From the NCBI GenBank assembly GCA_964569645.1, contig CAZMUW010000001.1, positions 1-26,383 on the forward strand: a DNA stretch of 26,383 nucleotides, written 5' to 3'. A model generated the notes under the pieces. That model ran no database searches, had not been told where the DNA came from, and saw only the letters and a program-made list of their open reading frames with translations. Position numbers and translations under genes: made by a program. This stretch comes from an uncultured Desulfobacteraceae bacterium. GTDB taxonomy: Bacteria > Desulfobacterota > DSM-4660 > Desulfatiglandales > B25-G16. This document shows positions 16,434 to 25,613 of the stretch, one piece after another; positions within the stretch are counted from its first letter, which is position 1; the number at the start of each line of letters is the position of its first letter.

Positions 16434-16820
16434 ATGATTTATGGCATTGGCATAGATCTTGTGACAATAAAGAGGATTGGAAGAGTAATCGATAGATGGG
16501 GGAAAAGGTTTATAAATAGGATATTTACTGCCCGGGAAATTAATTTCTGTTTTCAAGGTACAAAATCAGTGTCTTCCCTTGCCCTGCGTTTTGCTGCCAA
16601 GGAAGCCTTCTCAAAGGCGATAGGATTGGGTATGAGAAAGGGCATCAGGTGGCAAGATATTGAGATTGTTCAAAACCCAAGTGGCCGGCCTGACCTTAAT
16701 GTAACTGGAAAGGCCCTTAGTTTCTGTCGTAAGGAGGGAATAAGAAGGTGGTATGTTAGCCTTTCAGATGAGGGTGACTATGGCATAGCTGTGGTAGTAC
16801 TTGAAAAAGGCTCTACATAA
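16434..16820 (+). CDS. acpS: Holo-[acyl-carrier-protein] synthase
   Basis: GIGIDLV, RFAAKEAFSKAIGLG, GRP and VSLSD motifs. Confidence 0.95.
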   Translation: MIYGIGIDLVTIKRIGRVIDRWGKRFINRIFTAREINFCFQGTKSVSSLALRFAAKEAFSKAIGLGMRKGIRWQDIEIVQNPSGRPDLNVTGKALSFCRKEGIRRWYVSLSDEGDYGIAVVVLEKGST

Positions 16821-16822
16821 TA

Positions 16823-16903
16823 GTGTTTGTTGAGTTTGTTGAGTTCATAGAGTTCATAGGGTTCAACCCAATAAACACAATAAACCCAAGAAACCTAATA
16901 AAC
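16823..16903. repeat. Palindromic element of 9-bp tandem units (copy 2)
   Basis: GTGTTTGTT/GAGTTTGTT/GAGTTCATA/GAGTTCATA/GGGTT-C-AACCCAATA/AACACAATA/AACCCAAGA/AACCTAATA/AAC, immediately after the acpS stop. Confidence 0.85.
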
Positions 16904-16912
16904 TACTGGGCC

Positions 16913-17419
16913 TTGAGATTGAAAGAAATTTCTGTCAAATATTTGACACCTTCAGTTGAAAAAACTGTCTGGTTAGGCCAGCAATTGGGAACCCAATTAG
17001 TCGATGGCGATATTATCGCATTAATCGGTGACCTGGGTGGCGGTAAGACCTGGTTCACAAAAGGAGTGGGCATTGGCCTTGAGATTGCCCCGGATTATAT
17101 AGTCAGTCCAACATTCACCCTTGTTAATGAATACCAGGGTATGCACCAACTTTTTCATATAGACCTTTATCGGCCTAAAGACAAAACTGAGATTATGGCT
17201 TTAGATCTGGAAGATTACTTTTCAGGAGAAGGGATAGTTGTTATAGAGTGGGCGGACCGTTGGCCAGGGGAGCTCCCGGAAGAAAGAATTCAGGTTGACT
17301 TAAGGATGGTAGATAAGCATACCAGGGAACTTAGATTTTCGGGTTCTCATCCCAGGGCTAAAGAAATTATAAGGGCGCTAAAAGAAAGGGTGGGCTTCTC
17401 TTTGAAGGAGATTAAATAA
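16913..17419 (+). CDS. tsaE: tRNA threonylcarbamoyladenosine biosynthesis ATPase TsaE
   Basis: GDLGGGKT, SPTFTLVNEY, HIDLYR and VIEWA. Start uncertain (TTG 16913 or 16919); the track's first 30 aa are the translated repeat. Confidence 0.93.
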   Translation: MRLKEISVKYLTPSVEKTVWLGQQLGTQLVDGDIIALIGDLGGGKTWFTKGVGIGLEIAPDYIVSPTFTLVNEYQGMHQLFHIDLYRPKDKTEIMALDLEDYFSGEGIVVIEWADRWPGELPEERIQVDLRMVDKHTRELRFSGSHPRAKEIIRALKERVGFSLKEIK

Positions 17420-17432
17420 AAATGAAGGCTGT

Positions 17433-17547
17433 TTAATTCTACTTTGTCACATTAAAATCTAAGTATCTGAATTTATTATATGAACATAATTTTCACAAAA
17501 CGAGCATTTGCAATTGGTTAATTCCTAATGTGACAAAGTAGAATTAA
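17433..17547. mobile_element. MITE-like element with perfect 22-bp terminal inverted repeats
   Basis: TTAATTCTACTTTGTCACATTA (17433-17454) and its exact reverse complement (17526-17547) around 71 bp of AT-rich non-coding DNA. The terminal TTAA could be a target-site duplication. Confidence 0.8.
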
Positions 17548-17696
17548 TCACCCGGTCTTGGTGATGTAAAAAAAGGCTAACCAATAGGTTGCTAAAATTG
17601 AGGCTATGGTCTGTAGATTAAAGGGTGAGGAAGAAGGCCAAGGTAAAAGATGCTAAGCTGTCTGTGGAAGAAGGACAAAAGAAAACCGTGCTCGTG

Positions 17697-17752
17697 CCTC
17701 CCTGCCCGCAACGCTCTCGCGTGCGAGGCAGTGGCAGCGGGCTCAGGAGAGG
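17697..17752 (+). promoter_or_regulatory. Candidate cis-regulatory RNA (two alternative hairpins) in the lysC leader
   Basis: GC-rich patch in an AT-rich context. Hairpin A is 17702-17731. Alternative pairing of 17697-17709 with 17737-17752 covers the SD AGGAGAGG. Confidence 0.45.
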
Positions 17753-17761
17753 TCACTAAAT

Positions 17762-18991
17762 ATGGCGTTAATAGTCCAAAAGTACGGCGGTACATCTGTA
17801 GGAAATATTGAAAAGATAAAAAGTGTCGCCGAGAGGGTAGTTGAATCGTGTGAAAGAGGAAACAGGCTTGTGGTGGTTCTCTCAGCAATGGCCGGACAGA
17901 CAGATAACTTGATAAGGCTTTCCAGAGAGATAACAGAAACCCCGGACCCAAGAGAATTGGATGTTTTGATGGCTACAGGGGAACAAATTAGTGTATCCTT
18001 ATTTGCTATGACAGTCAAGTCCATGGGCTATGATTGCCGCTCCATTCTTGGCTTCCAGGTGGCTATACATACAGACCAAATCCATGGAAAGGCAAGGATC
18101 AGAAAGATTGATGCCGATAGGCTCCTAAAAGAGTTAGATGAAAGGAGAGTTATAGCTGTAGCTGGCTTTCAGGGAATTGATGAGAATAGAAACATCACCA
18201 CCTTAGGAAGAGGAGGATCAGATACTACCGCAGTAGCCCTGGCAGCTGCACTCAAGGCTGATCTATGCGAGATCTTTACAGATGTTGGGGGTGTATTCTC
18301 CGCTGATCCAAATATCTGCACCCATGCCAGAAAACTTAAGAGAATATCCTATGAGGAGATGTTGGAGTTGGCCAGCTTAGGGGCCAGGGTCTTGGATATA
18401 AGGTCAGTTGAATTCGCCAAAAAATTCAATGTGTCCATTCATGTTAGATCATCCTTTACGAAAAATGAGGGTACCATGGTAGTAGCAGAAAATAAAGAGA
18501 TGGAAAAGGTAATGGTCTCTGGTGTTGTCTTTGACAAAAATCAGGCCAGGATTACGATGGTCAAAGTGCCTGATAGGCCCGGAATTGCCTTCAAAATATT
18601 TGATCCTGTTTCCAAAGCCGGGATAGTGGTGGACATGATTATCCAGAATACCAGTGCCGAGGGTCTCACAGATCTGACATTTACAGTCAGCAAGACAGAT
18701 TTTCAGGAGAATATAAAATTGGTTAGAAGGATTGCCAAAGAAATAGGGGCAGAAAAGGTGCTTGGGGACCAGGATATTGCTAAGGTATCTATTGTTGGAC
18801 TGGGCATGATAAATCATGCCGGAGTTGCCACCAAGATGTTTGAGGCCCTATCAAAGGAGAATATCAATATATGTATGATCAGTACATCTGAGATAAAGAT
18901 CTCCTGCATTATAGAAGAAAAATATACCGAACTTGCAGTAAGGGCCATACACGAGGCCTTCGGTCTGGGTAATGAAAAAGAAAAGGATTAG
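17762..18991 (+). CDS. lysC: Aspartate kinase
   Basis: [44 protein letters not shown], two ACT domains, STSEIKIS. Confidence 0.97.
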   Translation: MALIVQKYGGTSVGNIEKIKSVAERVVESCERGNRLVVVLSAMAGQTDNLIRLSREITETPDPRELDVLMATGEQISVSLFAMTVKSMGYDCRSILGFQVAIHTDQIHGKARIRKIDADRLLKELDERRVIAVAGFQGIDENRNITTLGRGGSDTTAVALAAALKADLCEIFTDVGGVFSADPNICTHARKLKRISYEEMLELASLGARVLDIRSVEFAKKFNVSIHVRSSFTKNEGTMVVAENKEMEKVMVSGVVFDKNQARITMVKVPDRPGIAFKIFDPVSKAGIVVDMIIQNTSAEGLTDLTFTVSKTDFQENIKLVRRIAKEIGAEKVLGDQDIAKVSIVGLGMINHAGVATKMFEALSKENINICMISTSEIKISCIIEEKYTELAVRAIHEAFGLGNEKEKD

Positions 18992-19532
18992 CAGCCAGCA
19001 AATAGGACTTTCCATCCTTATTCTAATCCTCCTCCTGGGATGGGGAATAAACTTCCTATTTTCCTTACAAGGAGATCTTGGCCCTATCAGAAGGGAAAAT
19101 GAGATTTTTACCCTGATCACAGGGGAAGTAAAAAACCCTGGCGTCTATGTATTTGGCAGGGAACCTTCTTTAAAGGGATTGATAGCTAAGGCTGGTGGCC
19201 TTAAGGCAAGACTGATTGATAGAAAATGGGATAGATATCTCTATCTTACCCAGGGGACAAGTGTTCAAATCAGCTCAGAGAATGGATATATGAAGGTCTC
19301 AACTGATTCTATACCTGCTGCATATAAAGTCACCCTTAAAATCCCTATATCGGTAAATACCGCAGCTCAGGAGGAACTGGAGACCATACCTGATATAGGG
19401 CCTTCTCTGGCTAAGAAGATCATCAATTATAGATCTCTTTACGGTCCATTTGACACGGTAGAGGAGATAAAATCTGTATCCGGTATAGGAAGACTCCGCT
19501 ACCTAAAAATAAAGCCTTATATTGGGACTTAG
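18972..19532 (+). CDS. comEA: ComEA-family helix-hairpin-helix DNA-binding protein (TM + SLBB + HhH)
   Basis: N-terminal [35 protein letters not shown] and VSGIG. Confidence 0.88.
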   Translation: MKKKRISSQQIGLSILILILLLGWGINFLFSLQGDLGPIRRENEIFTLITGEVKNPGVYVFGREPSLKGLIAKAGGLKARLIDRKWDRYLYLTQGTSVQISSENGYMKVSTDSIPAAYKVTLKIPISVNTAAQEELETIPDIGPSLAKKIINYRSLYGPFDTVEEIKSVSGIGRLRYLKIKPYIGT

Positions 19533-19546
19533 GAAATTGAGGGAGA

Positions 19547-22123
19547 ATGATGTTACTCAAAAAGGGTATTCCTGAATGGTTGATTGGCTTAATCCTTACT
19601 CTTCTATTCCTGATCATGGTCGTCACGGGCTTTCTTGATTTTACCGACGTTATAGAGAAGAAAACATTTGACCTCCGCTCCAGGCTCAGTGCCTCTGGAG
19701 AAAGGAATCCAGATATTGAGATAGTGGTCATAGACGATGATGATTTAGCTGAAATCGGTCGTTTCCCCTGGCCAAGGAATATTCTTGCAAAGGGGATAGA
19801 CAACCTTGCAGATGCCGGTGCCAAGGTTATTGCCCTAAATATCATGTTTATTGAGCCGGAAGAGAGTGCCGGCCTCACAAAGATTAGAGAACTGAAGAAG
19901 ACGTATATTGATCTCGATTTAAATAATAAAGACTCATCTATCAAGACATTTTATGGTTTATTGAATAAGGCAGAGGCTGATCTGGATAATGACGCAAAAT
20001 TAGCTGAGGCCTTTAAAAAGGCCGGTAACGTAGTTCTGCCTTTCTACTTCGAGACAATGAGCACAGGCCGTGACCAGGAGGTTCCTGAATTCATAGCCAA
20101 AAACTCCTATAAGGTTATAGATGGTCTAAAGGATGAATTGGCCATCAGCTCCATCGGGTGGTATTCCAAGATAAAGCCACTCCTACCCTCCTTTGCAGAT
20201 TCAGTTGCAGGCATTGGCTATATAAACATCTTTCCAGATGGTGACGGATCCATCAGGAGTCAAACCCATGCTGTTGGCTATCTAGAAAACACTTTCGTTC
20301 CATCATTTCCTATGGCGATTGTAAAGGCCTTCAAAGGATTGGATGAAAGTAAGATCAGGCTTATCCTGGGAGAGGGAGTCGATATAAAGGTTAACCCATC
20401 CAAGACAGTCAGGATTCCAGCCACAGATTTTAACATGTCAACCCTAATTAAATGGAACGATGGGCCAGGGGTTGCATTTCACACGACACCATTCAGGAAA
20501 GTCTTCAATAACAAATTTCAAACCAGCCTCTTCAGGGACAAGATTGTCATTGTTGGGCCCACTGCCCCGGGGATTGGAGACAGCTTTGTTACAGCTATTT
20601 CCAGTAATCTACCAGGCGTCGAGATAATTGCCAATTCGGTCTCCAATATCTTAAGGGAAGAATTCTTTGTTCGCCCTCAATATTTTTCATTTGTCGAGCT
20701 GGGTATTATCCTTCTTTTCGGGCTATATATCTCATTTCTCCTTCCCAGGCTAAAGGCCGGTACCGGTGCGATCATCACCTTAGCCCTCTTTCTCTCTTAT
20801 GGAACAGTGGGGACGCTCCTCTTTTTTCACTCAGATATATGGCTTAGGATTACGCCCCAAGTAGTTCTTCTGATTCTGGGCTATATCTTTGTTGTCAGCA
20901 AACAATTCTTCATCACCGAAAGGAGAAAAGAAAAGGTGGAGGCTGATTCTGTAGAAACCAATAAGGCACTTGGTCTTTCATTCCAGCAACAAGGAATGTT
21001 GGATCTTGCCTTTGAAAAATTCCGGAAATGCCCTTTAGATGAGCCAGGGGTCAAGGATCTTTTATACAATCTTGGCCTGGATTATGAGAGAAAGAGGCAG
21101 ATTAGCAAGGCATTATCAACGTATAATATTATTATCGAGGATGGCAGCGATTTTAAGGATCTAAGTGAAAGAATGCCTAAACTAAAAGGTGCTGAATCCA
21201 TAATGATCTTTGGTGCCGGCGGCGCCCATCCTGGTGACATTGGGGCAACAATAACAGGTCTGGATACCAAACCCACCCTTGGCAGATATGAGGTTTCCGG
21301 TGAATTAGGTAGGGGGGCAATGGGGATTGTTTATAAGGGAGAAGATCCAACGATACACAGGACCGTTGCTATAAAAACCTTAAGGTTATCAGAATTTGAA
21401 CAAGAAGAGGTAGGTGAGATAAAGGAACGCTTCTTCAGGGAGGCAGAGTCGGCTGGACTTTTAAACCACCCTAACATTGTATCTATATATGATGCCGGTG
21501 AAGAACACGATCTGGCCTATATAGCCATGGAATTCATAAAAGGTGAGGATTTAGTAAGATTCACACATAAAGGAAATCTATTCCCTTTGAGGGATGTGCT
21601 TAATATGATAGCCCAGGTGGCCGATGCCTTAGGTTATGCTCACAGCAAAAATGTTGTTCACAGGGACATAAAACCTGCAAATATCATGTTACTCAAAGAC
21701 ACAGGCGATATAAAGGTTACGGATTTTGGCATCGCCAGGATCACATCCTCATCCAAGACAAAAACCGGTGTTATTTTGGGCACCCCATCTTATATGTCCC
21801 CTGAACAGGTGAGTGGGAAAAAGATTGACGGGCGTTCAGATATATTCTCCCTGGGGGTGGTTCTTTTTGAGATGCTGACCGGCCAAAAGCCCTTTGCCTC
21901 TGACGATATTACATCACTTATGTACCAGATTACCAGAGAGAAACACGCCTCAGTAAGGGAGGTTAATCCAAAGATTCCACCTGTTCTTGAAAAGATAATA
22001 GATAAGGCCTTGATTAAGGAAGTTGATCAACGTTACCAGAAGGCGGACTTGATGGCTGAACATCTCAGGAAGGTGGTGGAACGGATAGATCAATTGAAAA
22101 AGAATAAGGCCTCCAAACAATAA
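19547..22123 (+). CDS. CHASE2-domain transmembrane Ser/Thr protein kinase with TPR-like linker
   Basis: VIDDDDLAEIGRFPWPR...GAKVIALNIMF (CHASE2), three TM helices, TPR-like LYNLGLDYERKR, then LGRGAMG, VAIK, HRDIKPAN, DFG and GTPSYMSPEQ. Confidence 0.93.
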   Translation: MMLLKKGIPEWLIGLILTLLFLIMVVTGFLDFTDVIEKKTFDLRSRLSASGERNPDIEIVVIDDDDLAEIGRFPWPRNILAKGIDNLADAGAKVIALNIMFIEPEESAGLTKIRELKKTYIDLDLNNKDSSIKTFYGLLNKAEADLDNDAKLAEAFKKAGNVVLPFYFETMSTGRDQEVPEFIAKNSYKVIDGLKDELAISSIGWYSKIKPLLPSFADSVAGIGYINIFPDGDGSIRSQTHAVGYLENTFVPSFPMAIVKAFKGLDESKIRLILGEGVDIKVNPSKTVRIPATDFNMSTLIKWNDGPGVAFHTTPFRKVFNNKFQTSLFRDKIVIVGPTAPGIGDSFVTAISSNLPGVEIIANSVSNILREEFFVRPQYFSFVELGIILLFGLYISFLLPRLKAGTGAIITLALFLSYGTVGTLLFFHSDIWLRITPQVVLLILGYIFVVSKQFFITERRKEKVEADSVETNKALGLSFQQQGMLDLAFEKFRKCPLDEPGVKDLLYNLGLDYERKRQISKALSTYNIIIEDGSDFKDLSERMPKLKGAESIMIFGAGGAHPGDIGATITGLDTKPTLGRYEVSGELGRGAMGIVYKGEDPTIHRTVAIKTLRLSEFEQEEVGEIKERFFREAESAGLLNHPNIVSIYDAGEEHDLAYIAMEFIKGEDLVRFTHKGNLFPLRDVLNMIAQVADALGYAHSKNVVHRDIKPANIMLLKDTGDIKVTDFGIARITSSSKTKTGVILGTPSYMSPEQVSGKKIDGRSDIFSLGVVLFEMLTGQKPFASDDITSLMYQITREKHASVREVNPKIPPVLEKIIDKALIKEVDQRYQKADLMAEHLRKVVERIDQLKKNKASKQ

Positions 22124-22194
22124 ATGGCTCGTCGTTGGTTGCTCGTTGAAAAAAAGATTTATAAGAATGCGTCCGGGCGGAAGAAACGAGTAAT

Positions 22195-23220
22195 ATGATC
22201 ATACTTGGTATAGATACCTCCTGCGATGACACCTGTGCAGCAATAGTGGAAAATGGAGAAAGATTATTATCTAACGTTGTTAACTCTCAGGTTATTATTC
22301 ACCACGGGTATGGGGGAGTAGTCCCGGAACTTGCCTCAAGAGAACATATCAGGAATATTATTCCTGTTGTTAGGGAGTCCCTAAGAAAAGCCGGACTAAA
22401 TAATAAAAATATTGGTGCAATAGCGGTTACTGTGGGGCCTGGTCTTGTTGGGGCACTCTTAGTCGGCATTCATTTCGCCAAGGCCTATAGCTATGCTAAT
22501 AATATTCCTCTAATAGGAGCAAATCATTTAGAGGGGCATATCCTCTCTATCTTTTTGGAAGAAAGCTTTCCCTCTTTCCCCTTTGTAGCCCTTACTGTTT
22601 CAGGTGGCCATACAAACATTTACCATGTCCGGGGTTTTGGGGATTATACTGTATTGGGTCAGACCCTGGACGATGCCGCGGGTGAGGCATTCGATAAGAT
22701 AGCAAAACTTCTGGAATTAGGTTATCCGGGTGGTGAGGTAGTAGAAAAACTGGCTTCTACAGGCCGGCCCGATGCCATTGATTTTCCAAGGGCCTACCTA
22801 TCCAAAGACTCTCTTGACTTCAGCTTTAGCGGTCTCAAGACTGCTGTTGCCCTTTATGTCAAGAAATGGAGGAATCAAAAGACAGGCGAAAATAAAATCA
22901 AGATAGCAGATATTGCTGCATCCTTTCAGGCTGCAGTTGTTGATATCCTAATCAATAAGGTGATTGCCGCCACTGCCCAAGTTGGGGTAAAGTCAGTTGT
23001 GCTGGCGGGAGGAGTGGGCAGAAACAACCATTTACGCGGTAAATTACAAAAGATGATGAAGAAAGAAGGAATTGATCTCTATATCCCAAGTCCGGAATTC
23101 TGTACAGACAATGGGGCTATGATAGCTGATGCCGGTTATCACAGGATAAAGAAAGGCGAAAGGGATGATCTAACCTTAGATGCCAGGTCAAGATTTCCTT
23201 TAGATCAATTAGGTACCTAA
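22195..23220 (+). CDS. tsaD: tRNA N6-adenosine threonylcarbamoyltransferase TsaD
   Basis: GIDTSCDDT, GGVVPELASREH, NHLEGH, VSGGHT, DDAAGEAFDK and CTDNGAMIA. Confidence 0.97.
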   Translation: MIILGIDTSCDDTCAAIVENGERLLSNVVNSQVIIHHGYGGVVPELASREHIRNIIPVVRESLRKAGLNNKNIGAIAVTVGPGLVGALLVGIHFAKAYSYANNIPLIGANHLEGHILSIFLEESFPSFPFVALTVSGGHTNIYHVRGFGDYTVLGQTLDDAAGEAFDKIAKLLELGYPGGEVVEKLASTGRPDAIDFPRAYLSKDSLDFSFSGLKTAVALYVKKWRNQKTGENKIKIADIAASFQAAVVDILINKVIAATAQVGVKSVVLAGGVGRNNHLRGKLQKMMKKEGIDLYIPSPEFCTDNGAMIADAGYHRIKKGERDDLTLDARSRFPLDQLGT

Positions 23221-23331
23221 TTGGTATGTTCCTGCCTATTTTTGCAATGAATCGCTCCTTATTCTTGGGCTTCATTTTTTCGTTACCTTCATATTTTATC
23301 TTCCTTTATTTTTTTTTAAGACCTTTATTTC

Positions 23332-24216
23332 ATGGCGCAAATCAAGAAAGCTCACCGAGGCCTGAGCATCTCTAAGGCTTTGTTAACTAAATCAGGGCTT
23401 AGACCCAGGAAAAGCCTGGGGCAACACTTTCTGGAAGACCCTGCTATAATTGAGAAAATCATAGCCCAGGCAAGATTTGATAAAAACGATGTGGTTGTAG
23501 AAATAGGGTCGGGTTTAGGGGCCTTGACGATCCCAATCCTCCCTCACATTTATCATTTGGTGGCTATAGAAAAAGATCCATTATTGATAAATATATTAAA
23601 AGAAAGACTTTCCCTGAAAGAGAAGGAAAAGATAACATTTATTTCCGGGGATGTCCTGAGATTAAATCTTAAAGGGATCTATGATAAATTTGAACAAAAG
23701 ATCAAGATATTAGGCAATCTTCCCTATAATATCTCATCCCCATTCCTGGAAAGGCTTATAATAAATCGAGATTATATCAAAAGTGCGATCCTGATGTTTC
23801 AATTTGAGGTGGCACAACGATTGACTGCCGGGCCAAGAAAAAGGGAATACGGCGCCCTTAGCGTTATCAGTCAATACTATGCCCGGATATCTCCCCTTTT
23901 CAAGATTAAAAGGGATGCCTTTTACCCCCAGCCAAAGGTTGATTCTATGGTTTTAGAGATTGATTTTGAGAAACCATATCCATCTCAAGCAGAAAACGAG
24001 GAATCTTTCCATAGGATTGTCAAGGAAGCATTTAGTTGCCGGAGGAAGACAATCCTTAATTCCCTTGAAAGGGGAATGGTGTCTGTACCCAGGGAAATGA
24101 TAGCAAAGGCCCTTAAAAAATGCCTCATTGACCCAAAAAGAAGGGCTGAGACCCTCACTATAGATGAATACATTCGTTTGAGCTCTGTCCTACAGACTTC
24201 GTTAAGTAGAAACTAG
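23332..24216 (+). CDS. rsmA: 16S rRNA m6,2A1518/1519 dimethyltransferase RsmA (KsgA)
   Basis: KSLGQHFL, VEIGSGLGALT, GNLPYNIS, MFQFEVAQR, PKVDS and RAETL. Confidence 0.96.
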   Translation: MAQIKKAHRGLSISKALLTKSGLRPRKSLGQHFLEDPAIIEKIIAQARFDKNDVVVEIGSGLGALTIPILPHIYHLVAIEKDPLLINILKERLSLKEKEKITFISGDVLRLNLKGIYDKFEQKIKILGNLPYNISSPFLERLIINRDYIKSAILMFQFEVAQRLTAGPRKREYGALSVISQYYARISPLFKIKRDAFYPQPKVDSMVLEIDFEKPYPSQAENEESFHRIVKEAFSCRRKTILNSLERGMVSVPREMIAKALKKCLIDPKRRAETLTIDEYIRLSSVLQTSLSRN

Positions 24217-24622
24217 TTGAGTGGTTAAGTTGTATAACAATGACAATAATATGAATATGTTACATGAGATCAAAAGTCAAATGTCCAATTTTGGGGCTTA
24301 TGCCTAATATTCTCATAATAACACGTCTCGGAAATTGTATAACTCATTGAAATAACAGTTATTTTAATGGAGCATGTTTCATTTAGTCCAGATGGAATAA
24401 TGGAATGGTGGAATATTGGAATGTTGGTTTGAATAAGGAACTCATACATTTTATTGCCTCCCTGTCAAGAGGAATTTTGCCAATAGACCAGTACCCCATT
24501 TTTCCGGAACCCATTATTTTTACCCCGTGAAACTCCTTCTATTTCACTGGGGCCATCATTCCACTATTCCAACATTCCAATTGTGAGCGAAGCGAACTAA
24601 GTTCCTACTCAACGACTCAACC
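24216..24622. repeat. Nested inverted-repeat elements in the rsmA-dnk intergenic region
   Basis: Outer imperfect arms 24216-24232 and 24605-24622. Inner TGGAATNN x4 (24393-24427) versus (NNATTCCA)n (24553-24580). Innermost hairpin CCCCGTGAAA/TTTCACTGGGG (24523-24552). Confidence 0.75.
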
Positions 24623-24787
24623 ATTTGACGGTGTCTGGTCTTAACACCAAATAAGACAATCCCTTGACACACAACAAAGTCAATGTTATTTAGCTTTTGA
24701 ACATGTAAATGAGGCCCTTGCATAACGTAGCATTAAAAAAATGATGATATTTTAAGGGCAGAAAATGTCTCCGAAGTCCATGGGTCT

Positions 24788-25483
24788 TTGGAACACGGAT
24801 GCAGGTTATGCAAAGGTTTCGTAAATAGGATCAAAAAATTGCATCAAAAAGGTTATATAGTTGTTGAAGGTTCATTGGGGGTAGGTAAAACCAGCCTGGC
24901 CCTGTTGTTGGCTGAAAGGATAAATGGCAAAACCATCTTAGAGGATACTGAAGGAAATCCTTTTCTTGCCAACTTCTATAAGGACCCAAAAAGATTTGCA
25001 TTTCAGACCCAGTTCTTTTTTATGCTTAGGCGCTTTCAAAAACAGGAGGAGATAAATCAAATTGATCTCTTCAAAAGGGTGGTTATCTCGGACTTCCTCT
25101 TTGATAAGGACAGGATCTTTGCAAGCCTTACCCTGGATGACAGAGAATTCGGCTTATATGAGCAGGTATTCTATGTCTTAAAGGTTAGAATATTAAGACC
25201 AGATCTGGTTATATTTTTGCAGGCAAGGACTGATGTCTTGAAAGAAAGGATCAAAAAGAGGAATCTGGATTATGAAAAATCAATAAACCTCAAATACCTG
25301 GATCAAATAAATCAGGCCTTCAATGAATTCTTTTTCCATTACACTGAGACCCCTCTTTTAGTAATTAATGCCTCAGAGATAGATTTTGTTAATGTTTCAT
25401 CTGATCTCGATAACCTAATCCTTGAAATAGAAAAGATGGAAAAAGGAACAAAGTATTACGTTCCCCTTGGATCAAGACATTAA
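24788..25483 (+). CDS. Deoxynucleoside kinase
   Basis: VEGSLGVGKTSL, NPFLANFY, FQTQFFFMLRR, DKDRIFA and PDLVIFLQA. True start may be TTG 24839. Confidence 0.92.
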   Translation: MEHGCRLCKGFVNRIKKLHQKGYIVVEGSLGVGKTSLALLLAERINGKTILEDTEGNPFLANFYKDPKRFAFQTQFFFMLRRFQKQEEINQIDLFKRVVISDFLFDKDRIFASLTLDDREFGLYEQVFYVLKVRILRPDLVIFLQARTDVLKERIKKRNLDYEKSINLKYLDQINQAFNEFFFHYTETPLLVINASEIDFVNVSSDLDNLILEIEKMEKGTKYYVPLGSRH

Positions 25484-25613
25484 GTGGATATAATAGATGA
25501 ATCCTGCAACATCATATGTTGAGTTCGTCTCGAAATATAGTATATTTTCTTTTGGCATTGGCTGTAAGGGTAGGAAAGGCCAGGTTGATAGATAATGTTA
25601 CAGTGAGGGAAAA

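Noticed and set aside
17590-17761. Canonical lysine riboswitch upstream of lysC
   Set aside because: I could not find the conserved AGAGGUGC / loop-E / kink-turn elements. Kept only as an unclassified structure.
10754-24622. Possible CRISPR array among the repeats
   Set aside because: Units are 7-9 bp and tandem without unique spacers; no cas genes.
24664-24692. TTGACA-N17-TATTTA promoter before the deoxynucleoside kinase
   Set aside because: Perfect -35 but poor -10; plausible but not supportable enough to list.
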